64,000 bases of DNA from Lama glama (taxonomy: Eukaryota): contig CM052817.1 in assembly GCA_028534125.1 (NCBI GenBank), positions 61,196,001 to 61,260,000 of the forward strand. Reading direction: 5' to 3'. Position numbers and translations under genes: made by a program. Positions 41,771-59,116 of the stretch are shown here, in pieces. Position 1 is the stretch's first letter. The number at the start of each line of letters is the position of its first letter. The notes beneath the pieces are model-generated. The model worked only from the letters and a program-made list of their open reading frames with translations. It made no database searches and was not told the DNA's origin.

Positions 41771-44700
41771 TAATACTTGTATGCACCTATTCATTATTTT
41801 AACTCAGTTGTATAAAAATTTTGAACTTATTTCTGTAGTTTGCCTAGGGAACTTAAATATGGAAGTAATAGAAAAACTAATGTTTAAAAGGAAACCCAAG
41901 GTTTCCTATAACAGCACATACGTGGTATATGAATTGTTTTTCATTGATCCCCAACCCCCAAATCACATTATTTTACTCCATTATCGCATTAAAAATTCGA
42001 GGGAGGAAATGTTGTGGTCTTACATAACCTATGTTTTCCTTTTCTGATGACAGATAATTTCATAATCACATAAACTGAAAAGGTTGTTTTGGCTACCTCT
42101 TTACTTAATTTGGTACTTCAAAGAGTCAGCTGCTCAGTTGCATCAATGTAAAAATTTGTCTTGGTTCAATTTCTTTTTAATCATAAATGAAATGATCCCA
42201 TATATGTGATCAAATGTTTTAAATTCTTTCAAAAGCCTAAATTTTTAAATGTTTTTTGAGGTAGAAAACATCAAAAATGAAAAGGATCCTTTTATTAAAT
42301 AGATTTTATAAGGAAAAATTATAAAAAGCATGCTAATAAAAAGTATATTCCCCAAGACTGCTACTTTCAATAAAATTCTTGCAAAAAATAAACACACTAA
42401 ATCATTTTCACTAAAAAATTTGTCCCAACAGCCAGCATATACTAAAATGGCATTTTGTAGCTGTAAACATCCCTATTTTGCATGATTTGGGGCTATTGAG
42501 GGCGTTGTTTCAAACTTCTTTTAAAAGTTTATTTGTTTATTTTTAAGTGGTCTGGGAACTCAGAACTGTTCAGAGTACTTCCTTTTTTAAAGAATGTATA
42601 AAATTGTTTATTGTGATAATGCATATAGAGTCAAAAGCATGTAAACAATCCAAGTTTCTAAAATCAGAAGCTAGTTAGAATGAATTATAGTATATCCATA
42701 CTCTGCAGTTTTATGTAACTTTAAAAATGAGTTATATCTGTTCAGAATATTTCTGATAGGTATTTAATAAGATTAGCACTAGAGTCTCATTAAAATTAAT
42801 TGCCTTAGTTGGTGATTTTATATACTTCTGGTATTTTTCTAAGTTAATGATCAAAGCATATTTGCTGATCATTGGTTAATTAAAAATCAAGCTATGGTTA
42901 CTGGCCTTTAATAGTAAGCTACAATCTTTTCTGTGCCCTTCTAGGGTGCTATGGGATGGTGTAGGGAAACGTGATGCAGTTCCCACAAAGAAGCTCTTTT
43001 CTCTGTTGCATAGAAAGAACTATGGCCATGCCAGCAAATTCATCTCCTAAAAGTGTAGTTGGAGCTGCTCCTTCTTGTTCTACAGCATTGGATATGGGGA
43101 GTTCTTCACTCTACAAGGCTTACTCAGTTGAGTCTACTTTATCATAATTTGGATTTTAAAAAATCAAGTCCTTTATTGCATCACTTAAAAAAATTTCTTT
43201 CTTAAACCCACGTCCACAAAGTCCTGTTACTTGTAAATAGTATGATAAGGTAATAAGCTATCTTTTCCATTAGAATGAGGAATTTTTTAAATGAAGTATT
43301 GAATAGATGAGAAAAATAGTTTGGGTTTTTTTTTTTTTTAATGCTTATTGGATCTAGTCCAAAGTACAACTTCTGAAAACCTGTATAGTCTCTCTAGAGT
43401 TTATTTAAATGCACTTTTAGGGGGTGAAATTTGTTGTCTTGGTTTTTGTTTTTAGCCAAAGTAAGTTGCACAAGCAATTTTTACTTGGTAAACAGGCCAG
43501 GCATAATGGCTGCTTAGTACAGAAGCATTTAAAGTACTTTCCTTGCCTTGGGAAAGGATTTATTAGCACAAAAGAAAATGTTACACTGTCCTGATAAATA
43601 ATGTTATACTTTTGCTTAACAGAACAAATTCTTTGTGACAAAGTTTATTTTGAAGCAAAATTATATTAGCTCTTTATTTTCCTGTTATAAATTTATAAGA
43701 ATCCCAACAGAAGGAAAATAGCCTTTTAGACATAAAAGAAATACAGACATACTGTAACTCCTTGTTAAAAATAAAGTCTTGCAAGGGAGAAAAAATTCTC
43801 ATATGTATCTCAAAAACATTATTCATAATCTTTATTTTAAAATATCAAAGCTAAAATTGCCTAAAGTTAAAATAGAATACAGAAAGAGAAAAGGTGGGAA
43901 GAAAACCTCAATATTTCTCCTACTTTATTCCTATCATAGATGTGGCCATCTCTCAAGCTTTAGCGATGTATCTAAGATTTATCAGCTTTAACATGTTTTA
44001 ACTGAAAAGATTTCTGACATGTTCAGTATAAACTGATATCTAATCATGTGTGTCCTGTCTTTTCTGGGCTAAATCTACCAAGGTTCTTCTGATATTATTC
44101 GTCCTCAACCTGACAGGATGGTTTCATACCTGCTCCTAAAACAGTTGCTGTGAAACCATTTGACAGTGATGTAAATGCAAACCAGTGCTGCAGATGTGAT
44201 CTGACTAACTCGGAGTACTATGATGTAAATATTTTAGTAGTTTGGATACTTCTGTTAGTTCAAACTAACATTGTGGTAGTCTTTTCTGCACCCATGTTAT
44301 ACTTAAAGGGTATAAATTTTTGGTCAGCTGGCATCCCTAATCTCTGTCACATGAACTACTTCAAAAAGTATCCCTAGCCCTCTGCATTTTAAACTCAAAT
44401 TGAGCACACTGTACATACTCCCATTTCCTGTTTCAGGCCTTTCTCACCTTTCAAAATAATTTTGATAGTAATTTCTCCGATGGGAAATTTAAACCCAATT
44501 TAATTTTTACTCTGAAAAGATTATCATAGTAACTGTCTGGTAGGATTTTTTTCCCTCTAACAAAACAAGTAACTTTAAAGTAGCATTCTGCCTCGTTTTC
44601 TTTCATGACCTCAGAAAATCTTAATAAATCAATTTTTTTCTTAGGGGGAGGTAAGAAAACTTTCAGTTTAAAGATATTATAGTCCCCTATTGAAAAGAGA

Positions 44701-45584
44701 TCACTTACCTAATTCAGAAGACCTGGGCTGTGGTTTTTATCATTCAGGTAACCCTGAGCAAATTACATTCTTATCTATAAACTAGTGGTTGGGGTTTATA
44801 TGCAGTCATGAAAATTTTTAGAAAACTGTGGAATGTCAAAATAAATGGAAAAGATGATTGTATGGCATCTAAATATTAGAGACTGCTAGAGAAAGAATAT
44901 AGCTGCCCTGTTTTAAAAATTTGTCTTAATAAGTGAATTGAATTTTTTAAAAAGGTACTTAGTCAAAACTGCATTTTCATTGATCCTTTTGCATTCTGGA
45001 GAAAGGATATGTTATGGGTAGCACTGTTGGGATACTAAGCAACAAAACGTTAAATGTAATTTAAGTAAATCTAGCAGAGGAGCAAATACACACACATACT
45101 CACATATTTTTAAACAAATATTTCAATATAACAAAAGTATTTAATATCCTGGTCAAAACAACTACCAGAGTTGCTTTGTGATTGTGGATGAAGCAGTTTT
45201 ATTTGAATGAAAAAGGTAATGTAGTAAATGATTCTCAAAATTTCTTCATCGCTTTTTAAAATTGTTTGTATAGTGAAGAATATTTTAATAGACTTACTTC
45301 TCAACATGTTGGTGATACAGAAATTTAGTAATTTTTGTTGGTTAATTTCTTGGCTATTTGTGATAGATTTACATTGGTTTAGCATGTTGGCCCTTGGATG
45401 CATTTATAAGTGATATAATATGCCTGCCTTACCAGGTTTCATCATTTTCATGGAATATGAACCTTAATGTGTGGGGGGTGACCAACAGCATTAGGAAGGA
45501 CTCAGAAAAATAATAGTGAATTCTATTTAAAAATAGTTTTGACTGTAGAGTAGGTGGGTCAGAGAGAGAGCTTTTTCATGTATG

Positions 45585-45825
45585 TTGTTACATGGTTAAG
45601 GGCTGAGCTCTGGATTAGACCTGGATTACATACCAGCTCTGCCACTGCAGACATGGATTTGGATAGGTGTGACCTTGGGCAAGTTGCTTAACTCCCCTGA
45701 ATCCCAGAGAACTCTCATCTGTAAAATAGGGATGATAATAATGGTATCTACTTTATAATATAGATTAAATAATGAGGCATGGAAAGCTCATTGTATAGTG
45801 TCTGGAGTTCCACGATTAGCATTTA
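45585..45825 (+). mobile_element. MIR SINE (other MIR-like cores at ~2480-2690, 3680-3880, 16010-16230, 37910-38110, 46290-46520, 48310-48520)
   Basis: MIR core 'gtgaccttgggcaagttgcttaac...ctcatctgtaaaatagggatgataata'. Confidence 0.75.
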
Positions 45826-47221
45826 CTCTCACCACTAGTATAGTAGAATTTATTTGGATCTGAAAAGTATCTATGGTAATGTGTTCTGTTTATTATTATT
45901 TCTATAGTGGCATAGAAATTGTATTGGGCAAGAAGGCAAAGACATTTTTAAGAATGAACTGTAAAGACTTCAGCAATACTGCTGATTTCTCCTGCCTATA
46001 CTTTTAATTTTTCAAATGAGAAATGTTTTATAGACTGTACACTCCCCAGTTGAAATGTAGATTAAGATATATTTCTACCCCACCTCTTTTACCCCGTTCT
46101 AATTAAGGTTTTGTGGTTTCAGAATTTGACTCCTAGCATTTATCACACCCATAGCTGTGTCCAGACCCCTTCCCTATGTGCAGATAGGGTGGTGTAACAG
46201 GAAATTAAGGGGCAGGATAAAAGCTGGAGAATGGGAAGCATGGCCTTGTCCTAGGTTTTCATGTTCATATGGTGTATGCTGTCCTAGTGAGTATAAGAAT
46301 GAGCTTTTGAGTGAGAGAGACTTTCTGAGTTAAAATCTTAGCCATAAGACTTTGTAGCTTTGCAACCTCAGGCAAATTACTGAGCCTTGGGTTTTTTTAA
46401 TCTGTTAAAATTATGGTAATAGCTACTTTTATAGGATATTAAAAGACTGAATGAAGTTATACTTCAAAATGTCATCTTTGTATCTGTGTGTAATAGATGT
46501 TCAATAAATAAGTGCTGTTAGTTTTTAACTACTTAAACTTTAAAAAAACTACATTGTTTTTGTCCCTTTATAACACTTCCATGTTACCTTCGAAGCAAGG
46601 GATTAGTCTGTTCATGTGTTTGCAGATTATATAAGATTTTGGACACTTCCCTGCTGCTTTCTACTCACTGGCATTTGTTGATGCCTAGCAAATTTATGTT
46701 TATACAAAGTTGAAACATAAATACCCACACGCCTACAAGCTCTGGAGTTATACATACCGCTGATATGAGAAGTGATTAGCATTCATTCAGAAAGGGTTTA
46801 AGTCAGTCTGACAAAGTAGCAAGTTATGTTTATGTTTTGGTCCTAATACTTTAAGTTTCTCCATGTGCTAATACTCAAATCAGTTCAATACAATTTTCTA
46901 GTATAAACATTAGGTTAGTAATATGCTATCTATCATAGTTAATATTCTGGTCATTTATGGAGTAATTTTGATGGCATTACATTATGATAAAATGTGAACA
47001 TAATTTTTGTAATTCTTATTGCCAAAAGAAATGAATCAACAAATACAAAATAATACTTGAGAGATCAAAAAAATGTATTATGTTTTGAGTTCATTTTCCT
47101 AAGTGTAGATAGCTCTTAACAGTAAATTAAAAGGTAAGATTAGAGTCAGGTACTTCATTGTAAACCTAAACCTTTTCTCAGAAAAGTAGTAGAGAAAACT
47201 AGTAGAAGTATAAAGCTATAA

Positions 47222-47422
<201 letters not shown>

Positions 47423-48524
47423 TAGTTTACTGCTCTTACCAAAGTATGTTGTAACCTGTCTCACCCCTTCTGGTTTTCTATTGTTTATCTTAGTTCTAAC
47501 CTCCTTGCTCGCCCCTCAAAAGTAAAAATAGATTTATTGTCTTTCTCATTATCAAAGTAATAAACATATGTGTTTTTAAAATTAGATATTACACAAAAAT
47601 AGAAAGAAAAAAACAAAATCAGCTTAATCCAGCCACCTTAAAATAAGTACTATTTTGGTGTATATCTTTGTAGAGTATTTTCTTCTGCAGGTGTGTGTGT
47701 GTGTATGCTTACATACATGCATGTACATACATACACATACATATGTTACACTAAGTGAGATTTTACTATATGTGCTTTTCTATAGCTGCTGTTAAACTTT
47801 ATCATAGATACTTGTTCTTGTCAATAAATAAATCTACACATTTATTATCAACATCATTTCAGCCATTTTCCTTTTATTAGATGTCTCTTGAGTTTCTTTT
47901 CTTTTCCAAATTATATTTTACTTGAAGCTAAGCTTAGGAAGTTCATCATGGCTAATAATCTAGGTATTGTCATGTAGAAACTTGACCTTTAATCTAAACT
48001 TTACCCTCCTTCTTCTAGCTGTACTTTTTAAAAAGTGTTTATTAAAAGTGAGTAATGTTCTGTGGAGAAAATGTTTATTAAACATATATGTATTACATTT
48101 TGTATTAGATTTGCAAAATAAAAATAGCAAAAATAATAACCCTTGTTCTCTAGTTAGCTTCTAGTAAAGTAATCTTTAGTATTTTAAGGCAGTTCCTACA
48201 CAGACCTCATACTGCCATTAAAACAAAGATGCTGTTTATCTGATAGAAAAGTGAATAATACATGCAGGATTTCAAAATAGTTAGAAATTATATAAACATA
48301 TAGAATAGTATAGTTGTGGAAACTGGACTTGGGAAGTAGATTTGGGCTCTGGGTCCCAGCTCTGCCTTTCATGGGCTGTCTAATCCTTACCAAATGACCT
48401 AACCTCTCAGAGTCAATATTAATAAAACATAGGTAACTTCCATACCATAAGATTATATTTGGTATCAAATAAGGTATATTATGTGAAACTGTTTTTGTAA
48501 CCTGTAAGGACAATATTTGTAATA

Positions 48525-48763
48525 AGTGCGTGTCTGCCAGGGCTGCCATAACAAAATATGAGAGACAGCGTGGCCTAAACAACAGAAATCTTTATAGTCT
48601 GGAGGCTGGAGGGCTAAAATCAAGATGATGGCAGGTTTGGTTTCTCCTGAGGCCACTCCCTTTGGTTTGCAGGTGGCCACCTTGCTGTGTCCTCATGTGG
48701 CTTTTTCTCTACGCACACATCCCTGGTGTAAATTTGGGGTGGGGGGCAATTCAGTTCCTAACA
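48525..48763 (-). mobile_element. MLT1A-like LTR, internally deleted
   Basis: 'agggctgccataacaaaata...ggtttgcaggtggccacctt', shared with the 3290-3668 copy. Confidence 0.75.
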
Positions 48764-48809
48764 GTTGGTAATATTTAGCTCTCCTGAGGAGCTCACCTCC
48801 TCAATAGCC

Positions 48810-49385
48810 TTTTTTTTTTGAATATGATACTTTAATGATGTATAATTTACTTGAAATAAAATACAGAAATGTTCAGCTTAATGACTTTTTATGTATATGT
48901 ACACCCATATGTACATGCCTCTGAGATCAGCATTTCCATCATCCCAGAAAGTTCCGTCATGTTCCTTTTCAGTCATTACCACCACTACTATTCTGATGCC
49001 TATCGCCACAGAATAATTTTTTCTGATTTTGAATTTTATATAAATAGATCCATACAATATATACTGGTTGATCCTGGTTCATTTTGGTGCATCATAAAGT
49101 TACTATGATTCATCTGTGTTCTTACATCTATCAGCAGTTTGGTGCTTCTTTTTTCCTTTTTCTTTTTGTGGGGTGGGGGAAGGGAGGCATGTGGTAATTC
49201 ATAGTATAAATATGCTGCAATTTGTTTATTCTCCAGTTGATGGCAATTTAGGTTATTTCCAGTGTGTGACTGTTACAATAAAAGTACATCAGCATTCTTA
49301 CACAAGTCTTTTTATGTACATACGCTCTCATCTCTTGAATGTATTCTTAGGAGTGAAATTGCTAGGTAATAGGTATATATACAAC
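48810..49385 (-). mobile_element. Old L1M 3' fragment
   Basis: 'catttccatcatcccagaaagttcc', 'ttgatggcaatttaggttatttccag', 'ctt aggagtgaaattgctagg'. Confidence 0.65.
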
Positions 49386-49742
49386 TCCAAGTAGTCATTG
49401 GAACATCATTCTCTATCCATCCAGTACGTATTAAACTTTGGTTTATATTAACAATTATATCCTTTTATGCAAGCAGAGGTCATCCATATTAATGTGTATC
49501 ACATATTAACTAGCAGTTGAGATACATCCTACTCATTAAACTAAATTGTAGTCTCATCTGGAGATTATGGTATGTTTTATGTGTTACTGAGAACTAAGAA
49601 CATGGTAGAAATTCTCAGTTGTATTATGAGGAATCATAAATTAATAAAACCAGAAATACTCTTTTTTCTTTAATTTTTCCAATATTTATTTGGGTTTTTT
49701 ATTTGTTTCAAAATTTAATATATTTTAAACTTTTAATTTTAG

Positions 49743-49877
<135 letters not shown>

Positions 49878-50535
49878 TAAGTGTTTTATATTGGGAGAAG
49901 AAAAACTGTGTGTATGTGCAGTTTCTTAGTTTGGGGAGGTGAATATCAAGTTCTGTGGTCTCCTTACACTTCTCCCCCCTTTGTGTATGTATATATGTGT
50001 GTGTGTGATTGTACTGGAAGTCTTTTTAAAATAACTCCAGTATAAGTCAATTTATACAGCTTATAAGTTATAGATCAAGTACCCTTTGATAAGATCATTT
50101 GTTTTATAATATTTTAAAATTGTTTTAATGAGTAACTAATTTCAGATAAATTAAATGCTTTTAAATTTATAATTAAAACATTTATTGAGAAGGTATGCAG
50201 TTCATCTCCACTCAGATTACTGTTTCATTCTTGCTTGATTGGACGTAGACTAGAGTAAGAGAATGTTTGTACATATGAACATAACCAAAAAAGAAATCAC
50301 TTTTAAGTTAGAAATTAATAATCAACTATAAATAGAATGTTTGGCCCTCTGCTCTTCATTGATGCCTCAAAATCTCAAAGTCATTTTAATCATCAGGAAT
50401 AAAATTGTGGAGGGTCTGTGATTTTTAAAAAACATTTTGTATTATTTAATAAAAGAAAATTTCTGGATAGAACTTGTCAAACTTTAGTGTTCATTTCATT
50501 ACACACATATACCCTGTTGTAGCAGATGCAAGTAA

Positions 50536-50718
<183 letters not shown>

Positions 50719-50721
50719 TAG

Positions 50722-50797
50722 GTTCTCAAGAAGAACGTAAACAGATTAGATATAACATTCATAGTAAATATGAAGAATATAATGTAATTGTGACCAC
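50722..50797 (+). CDS. SMARCAD1: SMARCAD1 exon 14 (76 nt): GSQEERKQIRYNIHSKYEEYNVIVTT
   Basis: ctag| ... CAC|gtaagt; 107-nt upstream intron. Confidence 0.96.
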
Positions 50798-51462
50798 GTA
50801 AGTATTAAAAAAAATTATGTTTAAAAATATTAGTAGTAAAATGAAGAAAAGTATATGCTAAGAACTATGCAACAAAAGTGATGGAATGACTTATGTTGAA
50901 GATTCAGGATTTTTCAGTTTGGTGTATAATTACTATGATAGCAGTTTTTTTGCTAGTTCTGTAAGAGATCATGATTAAAAGATTTCATCCAAAATTCATC
51001 TTTTCTTAATAAAGTGACTCCATTTTCATATATAGATAGTCTTCTACTGCCGGCTGCTCTTAACTATTATTTCTTGGATTCACTCTACTCGTTTAATGCA
51101 GTGATATTATAGTCTTAACAGAAATATCTTAGCTTCGTGTCCTTTTTTTCCGTGCTTCTTAAAATAACAACAGTTCATAAATTGGTAAAGTGTATAACAC
51201 TTGCAGATTACATATAAATTATACCCAAACTGGCCTCTTCCTAGATGTGTAGAGGTTGTCTAATTACATTATAACATATAAATTGTCTTTTAACTATAAA
51301 TTGCCACTTTTGTAACCTAATTACATGTATATCAATAATTACTGGCTATAAGTACATCATTATTTCTTTGAATACCAACTGTGTCTAGTGGTATCTTTTA
51401 GGTAGTGGCTATTAGAAAATTATCAGTAAAAATAATTTTAGAAAATACTACATCTCACCTGA

Positions 51463-51681
<219 letters not shown>

Positions 51682-51728
51682 TGATGAAATTTTGAATTAT
51701 GTATTTCAATGTATATACTACTTTATGT

Positions 51729-51897
51729 CAGGGAACAGCAAACTTTTTCTATAAAGGACCAGAGAAGTAAACAGTTCATGCTTTGTGGCCATTCAGCTAT
51801 TGTCACTTCTTCTTTTCTTTCTCTCTTTTCTTTTTTAACAACCTTTAAAAATTTAAAAACTGTTCTCAGTTCATGAGCTTCAACTTGCTGACCTTTG
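51729..51897 (+). mobile_element. MER58-like hAT MITE (a second copy lies on the - strand at ~54400-54593)
   Basis: 'cagggaacagcaaactttttctataaaggaccaga'; the second copy ends 'ggcccttcacagaaaaagtttgccagcttctg'. Confidence 0.65.
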
Positions 51898-52162
51898 TTC
51901 TATAAGATAAAGTTTATGAATACAGATACAATCTATCTTCTTTCATTACTTCATAAAAGTAATATGAGAACATCAGTTATCTACTTATAAAATGAGAGTA
52001 TTAGTTTTACACATCGTACCTTAAAGTACATGGATGATAATTTTTATAAATTACTTACCTTTCAACAGAATGTTACATTACTAATAATAGTTTTAATTTC
52101 TTTTTCTCCTCACTGAGTGGTATAGACAAGAAGGATGTGGCTCTTAAAAAAAAAACCACTAA

Positions 52163-52441
<279 letters not shown>

Positions 52442-53540
52442 TAGTTGATATCCCTATACTTGGATGAGTTGGGAAGTCATCTGAAATACAATGGGAACTA
52501 AATTGGTGACTTCTATAATCAGTGTCTAAAAGTTTTGGTTTTTATTATTCTAATTTTCTGAAGAATGACCATTTTAAATTATTGGATGGCTCAGATATAT
52601 AATATGTGGGGAAAGTTTGATTACTGTGTCTTCTTCATTAAAAATCAGCATTTCTTTATAGGTAAACTATAGAACTGGGCAAAAGTAGAATATCTAGAAA
52701 ATTCCTATATTAGGAAATATGTTTTGAAATAAAACTCCGTAAATACAAAAGTAAAAGTTTTTGAAAGTCACGTTAAAGAAATACTATTTAGAAGAAAATC
52801 TGGTTAATATTCTCCCTATTGCTTAGAAAAAGTAGTCTTCAAGAACTCTCAAATTTTCCTTATAGCATTGTTTATTAGATTCTTACTCTCTCTCTCAAAT
52901 CACATGTGTTTTACAAGAATTTTATGTGATAATCTTCCACTGGAAACTAACTGCCTTTCTAACTTTTCACTAACAAATTCCCTCCCACTTGATGGTCTAG
53001 CAGATCATAGGATATGGCGGATTCCTTTACATCATAGAATAAAATTTCACTTCTCCAAAATAACAGGAACTGTCCCATTTCTTTAGATGGTATGATTTGC
53101 ATCACCTGCACTAGCTTTCTTTTCGGGCCATTTTCAACACATAAACACAAGTTTTTTTACTGTCTGTCTCTCTCTTCCTCCTTTCCTCTCTCTTCCCCTT
53201 CACCCCTACCTGCTTAAACACACACCTTTTTTTCATGAAGGTTATCTATGTAATCAGTAACGACTCATCAGTTTATTACTTCTGAACACCATCCTAGTTC
53301 AGTTTAATTTCATTACCTCTGCAGAGTTCACAATTACATGTCACAAAGCCTCAAAATAAATACGAAGCTTTAAGAAGTAGATTATACCCCAGAATTCAAA
53401 TACGAAGTTTCATCTAGAATGAAATTGAGTTTCTGTGGGAAATAACTACAGATGGTAGTGAGGGAGATTTTCAGGTTGTGTAATGTTATTGTGATCATTT
53501 AAATGAATAATTTAAAAGGACATGTTCTTATTTTACTTAG

Positions 53541-53699
<159 letters not shown>

Positions 53700-53715
53700 T
53701 GAATGATTTGCTTAA

Positions 53716-53859
<144 letters not shown>

Positions 53860-53966
53860 TGATTTTCACGATTTTATGTGAAAAAATAATCCTGTACTGC
53901 GGCTGCATTTTGTTTACTTATATGATAGTGAGATTTGCTCATTTTTTTAAGTTAGTTGGAATTTGA

Positions 53967-54230
<264 letters not shown>

Positions 54231-55182
54231 TAACACTATTAAACATGAGGTTCATTGTCAGTCTAAAAATCAGACTGGTGAACCTAATGAGCATATTAAC
54301 CCTTTAACCACATATTTAAGGAAAACATTTTTAAGACAAAGCTCAAAATAATTTTGGAGACGTAAGAGCCAGTAAGGACTGACAGTCTACCTCAGGAGCA
54401 ATAGAACAGTGGCTGTTTTTCCAAGTAAAGATTTTTTTCTAACATGGCCATGCCCTTTTGTTTCTGTATTGTCTGTGACTGCTTTCTCAATATAAAGGCA
54501 GAGCTGTGTAGCTGTAAAACAGATCATTTTTGCTTACAGAGCCTAAAAATATTTGCTAAATGGCCCTTCACAGAAAAAGTTTGCCAGCTTCTGATCTAGA
54601 CTTCTATAGAGCACTTCATTTATTTATTTTTCACCCAAAAGATCCTTCAGAATATATGTCCTGGGTAGTGAGTCATTTTTCTCCTTTTTTTTTTTTTAAT
54701 TTTGTTTCTTCTTTATTGAATTTTGTCAGTAGTTTTAGCCGTTACTCTCTATTTTTGTCTCATTCTCCCATAGCACCTGCTTGTATTTCTCCTTATAGAT
54801 CTTTGTGTTTAAAGCAACCATTTGCTTTGTAAATGTTTTTTAAAACTTACGAAGATTTTCAGACATATATAAGTAGAGAGAATTGTATAATGAAATTTTC
54901 TGCCCGCATAACCTTCACCCCTTTTCTACAGTTATCATCTGCAATGATACTGCTCTTGTTTCATCTAGAACTCTCCCCAGAATAATTTTGGATCAAGTTT
55001 TAGACATTATTTCATCTGTAAATTTTTCAGTATGTAATTTCTAAGACAATAAGAACTCCTCTCCCCTTTATTGTACCTAAAAAATAAATATTAATTTCCT
55101 TTGCTGTATTTGCTATATTTTATGATTGAGATAGTTTATCAGATGTGAACAATTTTATCAGATTGTTCTGATTTTGGTATAA

Positions 55183-55479
<297 letters not shown>

Positions 55480-55977
55480 TAAAACAGTTCTGGCATGATT
55501 TGGTTTTTCTTAAAGCTTTAGTCTATGTTCTACAGTCTTCTAGAAACTAGCATTTTGAGCATTTTTTGGATATATTTGGGCATGTTTCCTGAATACTTTT
55601 CCTCCATTTAATAGAATTTAGTAGAATACATCTATATTGATGTTTTTAAAAAATAATCTTAATTGCCAGTATTTCATAGGTGACAATCTGTATTACTTCA
55701 AAATTAGTATTTGAAGATACTTTGTAAAATAAACTAATACTACAACTTATATGTGAATTAGCTTAAATTTGTGAGATCACAATCCAAATAGTACTGTTTG
55801 TAGCTATTCCCAAATATTCTTAAAAATCAAAACTGAAAATTAAATTTTAGGTCTGAAGTTTAGAAGATAATTTACTTATATATAATCTAAAATAAGAAAT
55901 TTATTTTAGCTATGATTACTTGATTTTTTTAAATTAAAGAAGCAATTTTTCATTAGATAACTTTTTAATGTATCTAA

Positions 55978-56190
<213 letters not shown>

Positions 56191-56991
56191 TAAATGTCTA
56201 GAGTATTTGATAGAATTATATTGCTTTGAGTCTTATGTTTGGTTATTTTAAGTTATTCATTACCTTAAGATGAGAAAATTTTAATTTTCATCTGAATTAC
56301 ATACAAATACATTTTGAAATAGCTACTAAAATTATATGTATATCAGTGTTTTCCCCTTTAAAAATCATTCTAAGTCTAAAGCATTTTATCTTTCAACCAA
56401 GATTATTTTAAAATCTTGGGCTTTTTATATTTTAAGGGTAATTGAATAAGTTTAGGTTTTTTTGTTTTTTTTTTAATCCCCAAAGGTTAAAAAGATTGGG
56501 GGGTGGGGGAGGAATGCTTTTTTTAGTATGTTTAAACTGCATTATATCTTTGTTTTTTTTTTTATCAGCCAGAGTAAAATCTTTTTCCTGCATTAGAATA
56601 AGAATAGAAGTCATCCTAAAGATTATACACCAATATAGTTTGACACTGAGATTCTTAGTTCATCAGGTACATTGTCTATGAGTCGTAGCTTATAGACTCT
56701 GAAAAGGTTAAGATTCAAAAGCCATATGCAGACTTTAGAAAAGTCAGAAGTCACTAAACAAAGGACAAAATAGTTCTTTAGGAATTAATCAAATCTGAAT
56801 AGTTAAAAGTAAGAATCAATAGGGAGATAAATGGTATAGAAAAGAAGTTGGTGAATTGGGTAGGTCTTTTCAATAAAATAGCTGCAGGAAAAATAAATAA
56901 TGCCATGAGCATGTATTTACATCTTCAAGTTTATTTTCCATGTGATGTGATTGTTTTCAGTTTTAATTATATACCTTTTTGTGAGATTTAA

Positions 56992-57198
<207 letters not shown>

Positions 57199-57227
57199 TA
57201 AGTATTTGCAGTTGAAATTCATTTTTA

Positions 57228-57392
57228 TTGTTTTTGTTTTGGGGTTGGGGGGGGTAATTAGGTTTCTTTATGTATTTTTTTAATTAATTTTTTATTTTAT
57301 TTTATTTTATGTTTTAGTGGAGGTACTAAGGGATTGAACCCCGAACCTTGTGCATGCTAAGCATGCACTCTACTACTGAGCTGTACCCTTCC
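57228..57392 (-). mobile_element. tRNA-Ala-derived SINE
   Basis: TSD ttgaaattcattttta / ttgagatacattttta (57212-57227, 57393-57408). Confidence 0.9.
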
Positions 57393-58318
57393 TTGAGATA
57401 CATTTTTAATCGAATGCCAGTTTAATTTGCATAGAATATTGGAATATGGTCTGTCAGATATCCTGCCCTTAGGTTTTATATTTTCAGCAAAACATGGCTT
57501 CCACTGTATTTTATACCAGTGGTGTTGAATATGAACCCCACTAAGTAACCTGTTCAAATTCTAGTAATTAAAACAAAATAACCTCCCACCCCCCAGTCCA
57601 AATAGTTCTGCAGCTGGTGAAAATGAAATATTACCAATGGTGCAGCCCCTTTGAAAAGGATTAGAAATTGAAAAAACTTGCTTGTTAGACCATGTAAGAC
57701 CCAAATAGACTTGGTAATAATGCATACTATTGTTACCTTGTTACCTTTAGGATTATGTGAGTTATAGATAGTTTAGGTGAAGGTTTAATTAGACATTGGT
57801 CACAAGACATTAAAAGGTGACAATACCTATAATTCAGCTCTTACTTTCACATGTAAACAGACAACCAATGTTTTCTTCGTAGAGTATTTTACTGTATTTC
57901 CAAAAGACATTGATATGTTATTTATAAACCACTTTATCAGTACTTACTGTGGAACTAAAACCTTCCATGTAATCTGTATACTTTTCTACACCTTCTTTTT
58001 GTACTAAATTATTTCGTGGAACTTGATAAGCAAAGCATATTCCTTTTTAAAATGGAATACCTACCTGAACCCCAAACTGTTTGTTGTAATACAATTTTAC
58101 CAGTAATTTTTAAAGACTAAATATCTTTTTCTCATCTCTTGCATCAATAGGAAAGGGTATTTAAAAATGATGTACTCAGAAAATGTCAATCTCAAGTAGT
58201 TTGAATGAAAGAGAATTTAAATTTATAGATATAGTTGTTACACAATTTTCAAATTATTCTTATTGGTGATGTATGTAGTTTATATATATCAAATAATTTT
58301 TTATTAAGTAACCAATGA

Positions 58319-58504
<186 letters not shown>

Positions 58505-58974
58505 TAGCAAAGGGATAATAACAAGGGTGGTCTTAGTCCTTAAATGGCCTGCAATTTAATAGCACAGAAGAGGATAGGCATACTTATTTCAGATGTACTA
58601 CAATAACTAAGTTCATTTTGCCACAACTGACATAAATAGTTTGATTTTGAAAATGTCTGTCTCTTCCATTCCTTATCTCTGATATCAAAACACCCCAGAA
58701 ATTAAAATTGGATCTGTAATTTTATCCACAGTTTTATGATGTACTTGCTATATAAGTAATATTTATGAATCCAAAGATTTAAAATACATGGCATAATATT
58801 AACTTACTAAGAACTATTTAACATTTACATTAATTTCATTTCGACTAGCAATTAATTGTGCCAGAGTGTAATAAAATGCATTTATTCAAGAATTTCGTAA
58901 TTTCAGATTGAAGCAGTTGGGTACTAACAAGAAAGAACCATCAAGTGAAGGAACGCTTTCCACTCCATGTTTTT

Positions 58975-59116
58975 TTTCCTTTTTTTTTTTTTTTAAGCTT
59001 TTGGTGGGGGGTAATTAGGTTTATCTTTTTTTTTTTTTAATAGAAATACTGGGGATTGAACCCAGGACCTCTTGCATGCTACGCTCGTGCTCTACCACTG
59101 AGCTGTACCCTCCCCC
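58975..59116 (-). mobile_element. tRNA-Ala-derived SINE
   Basis: Same head and 'gtaattaggttta' body motif, poly(T) runs on the + strand. Confidence 0.88.
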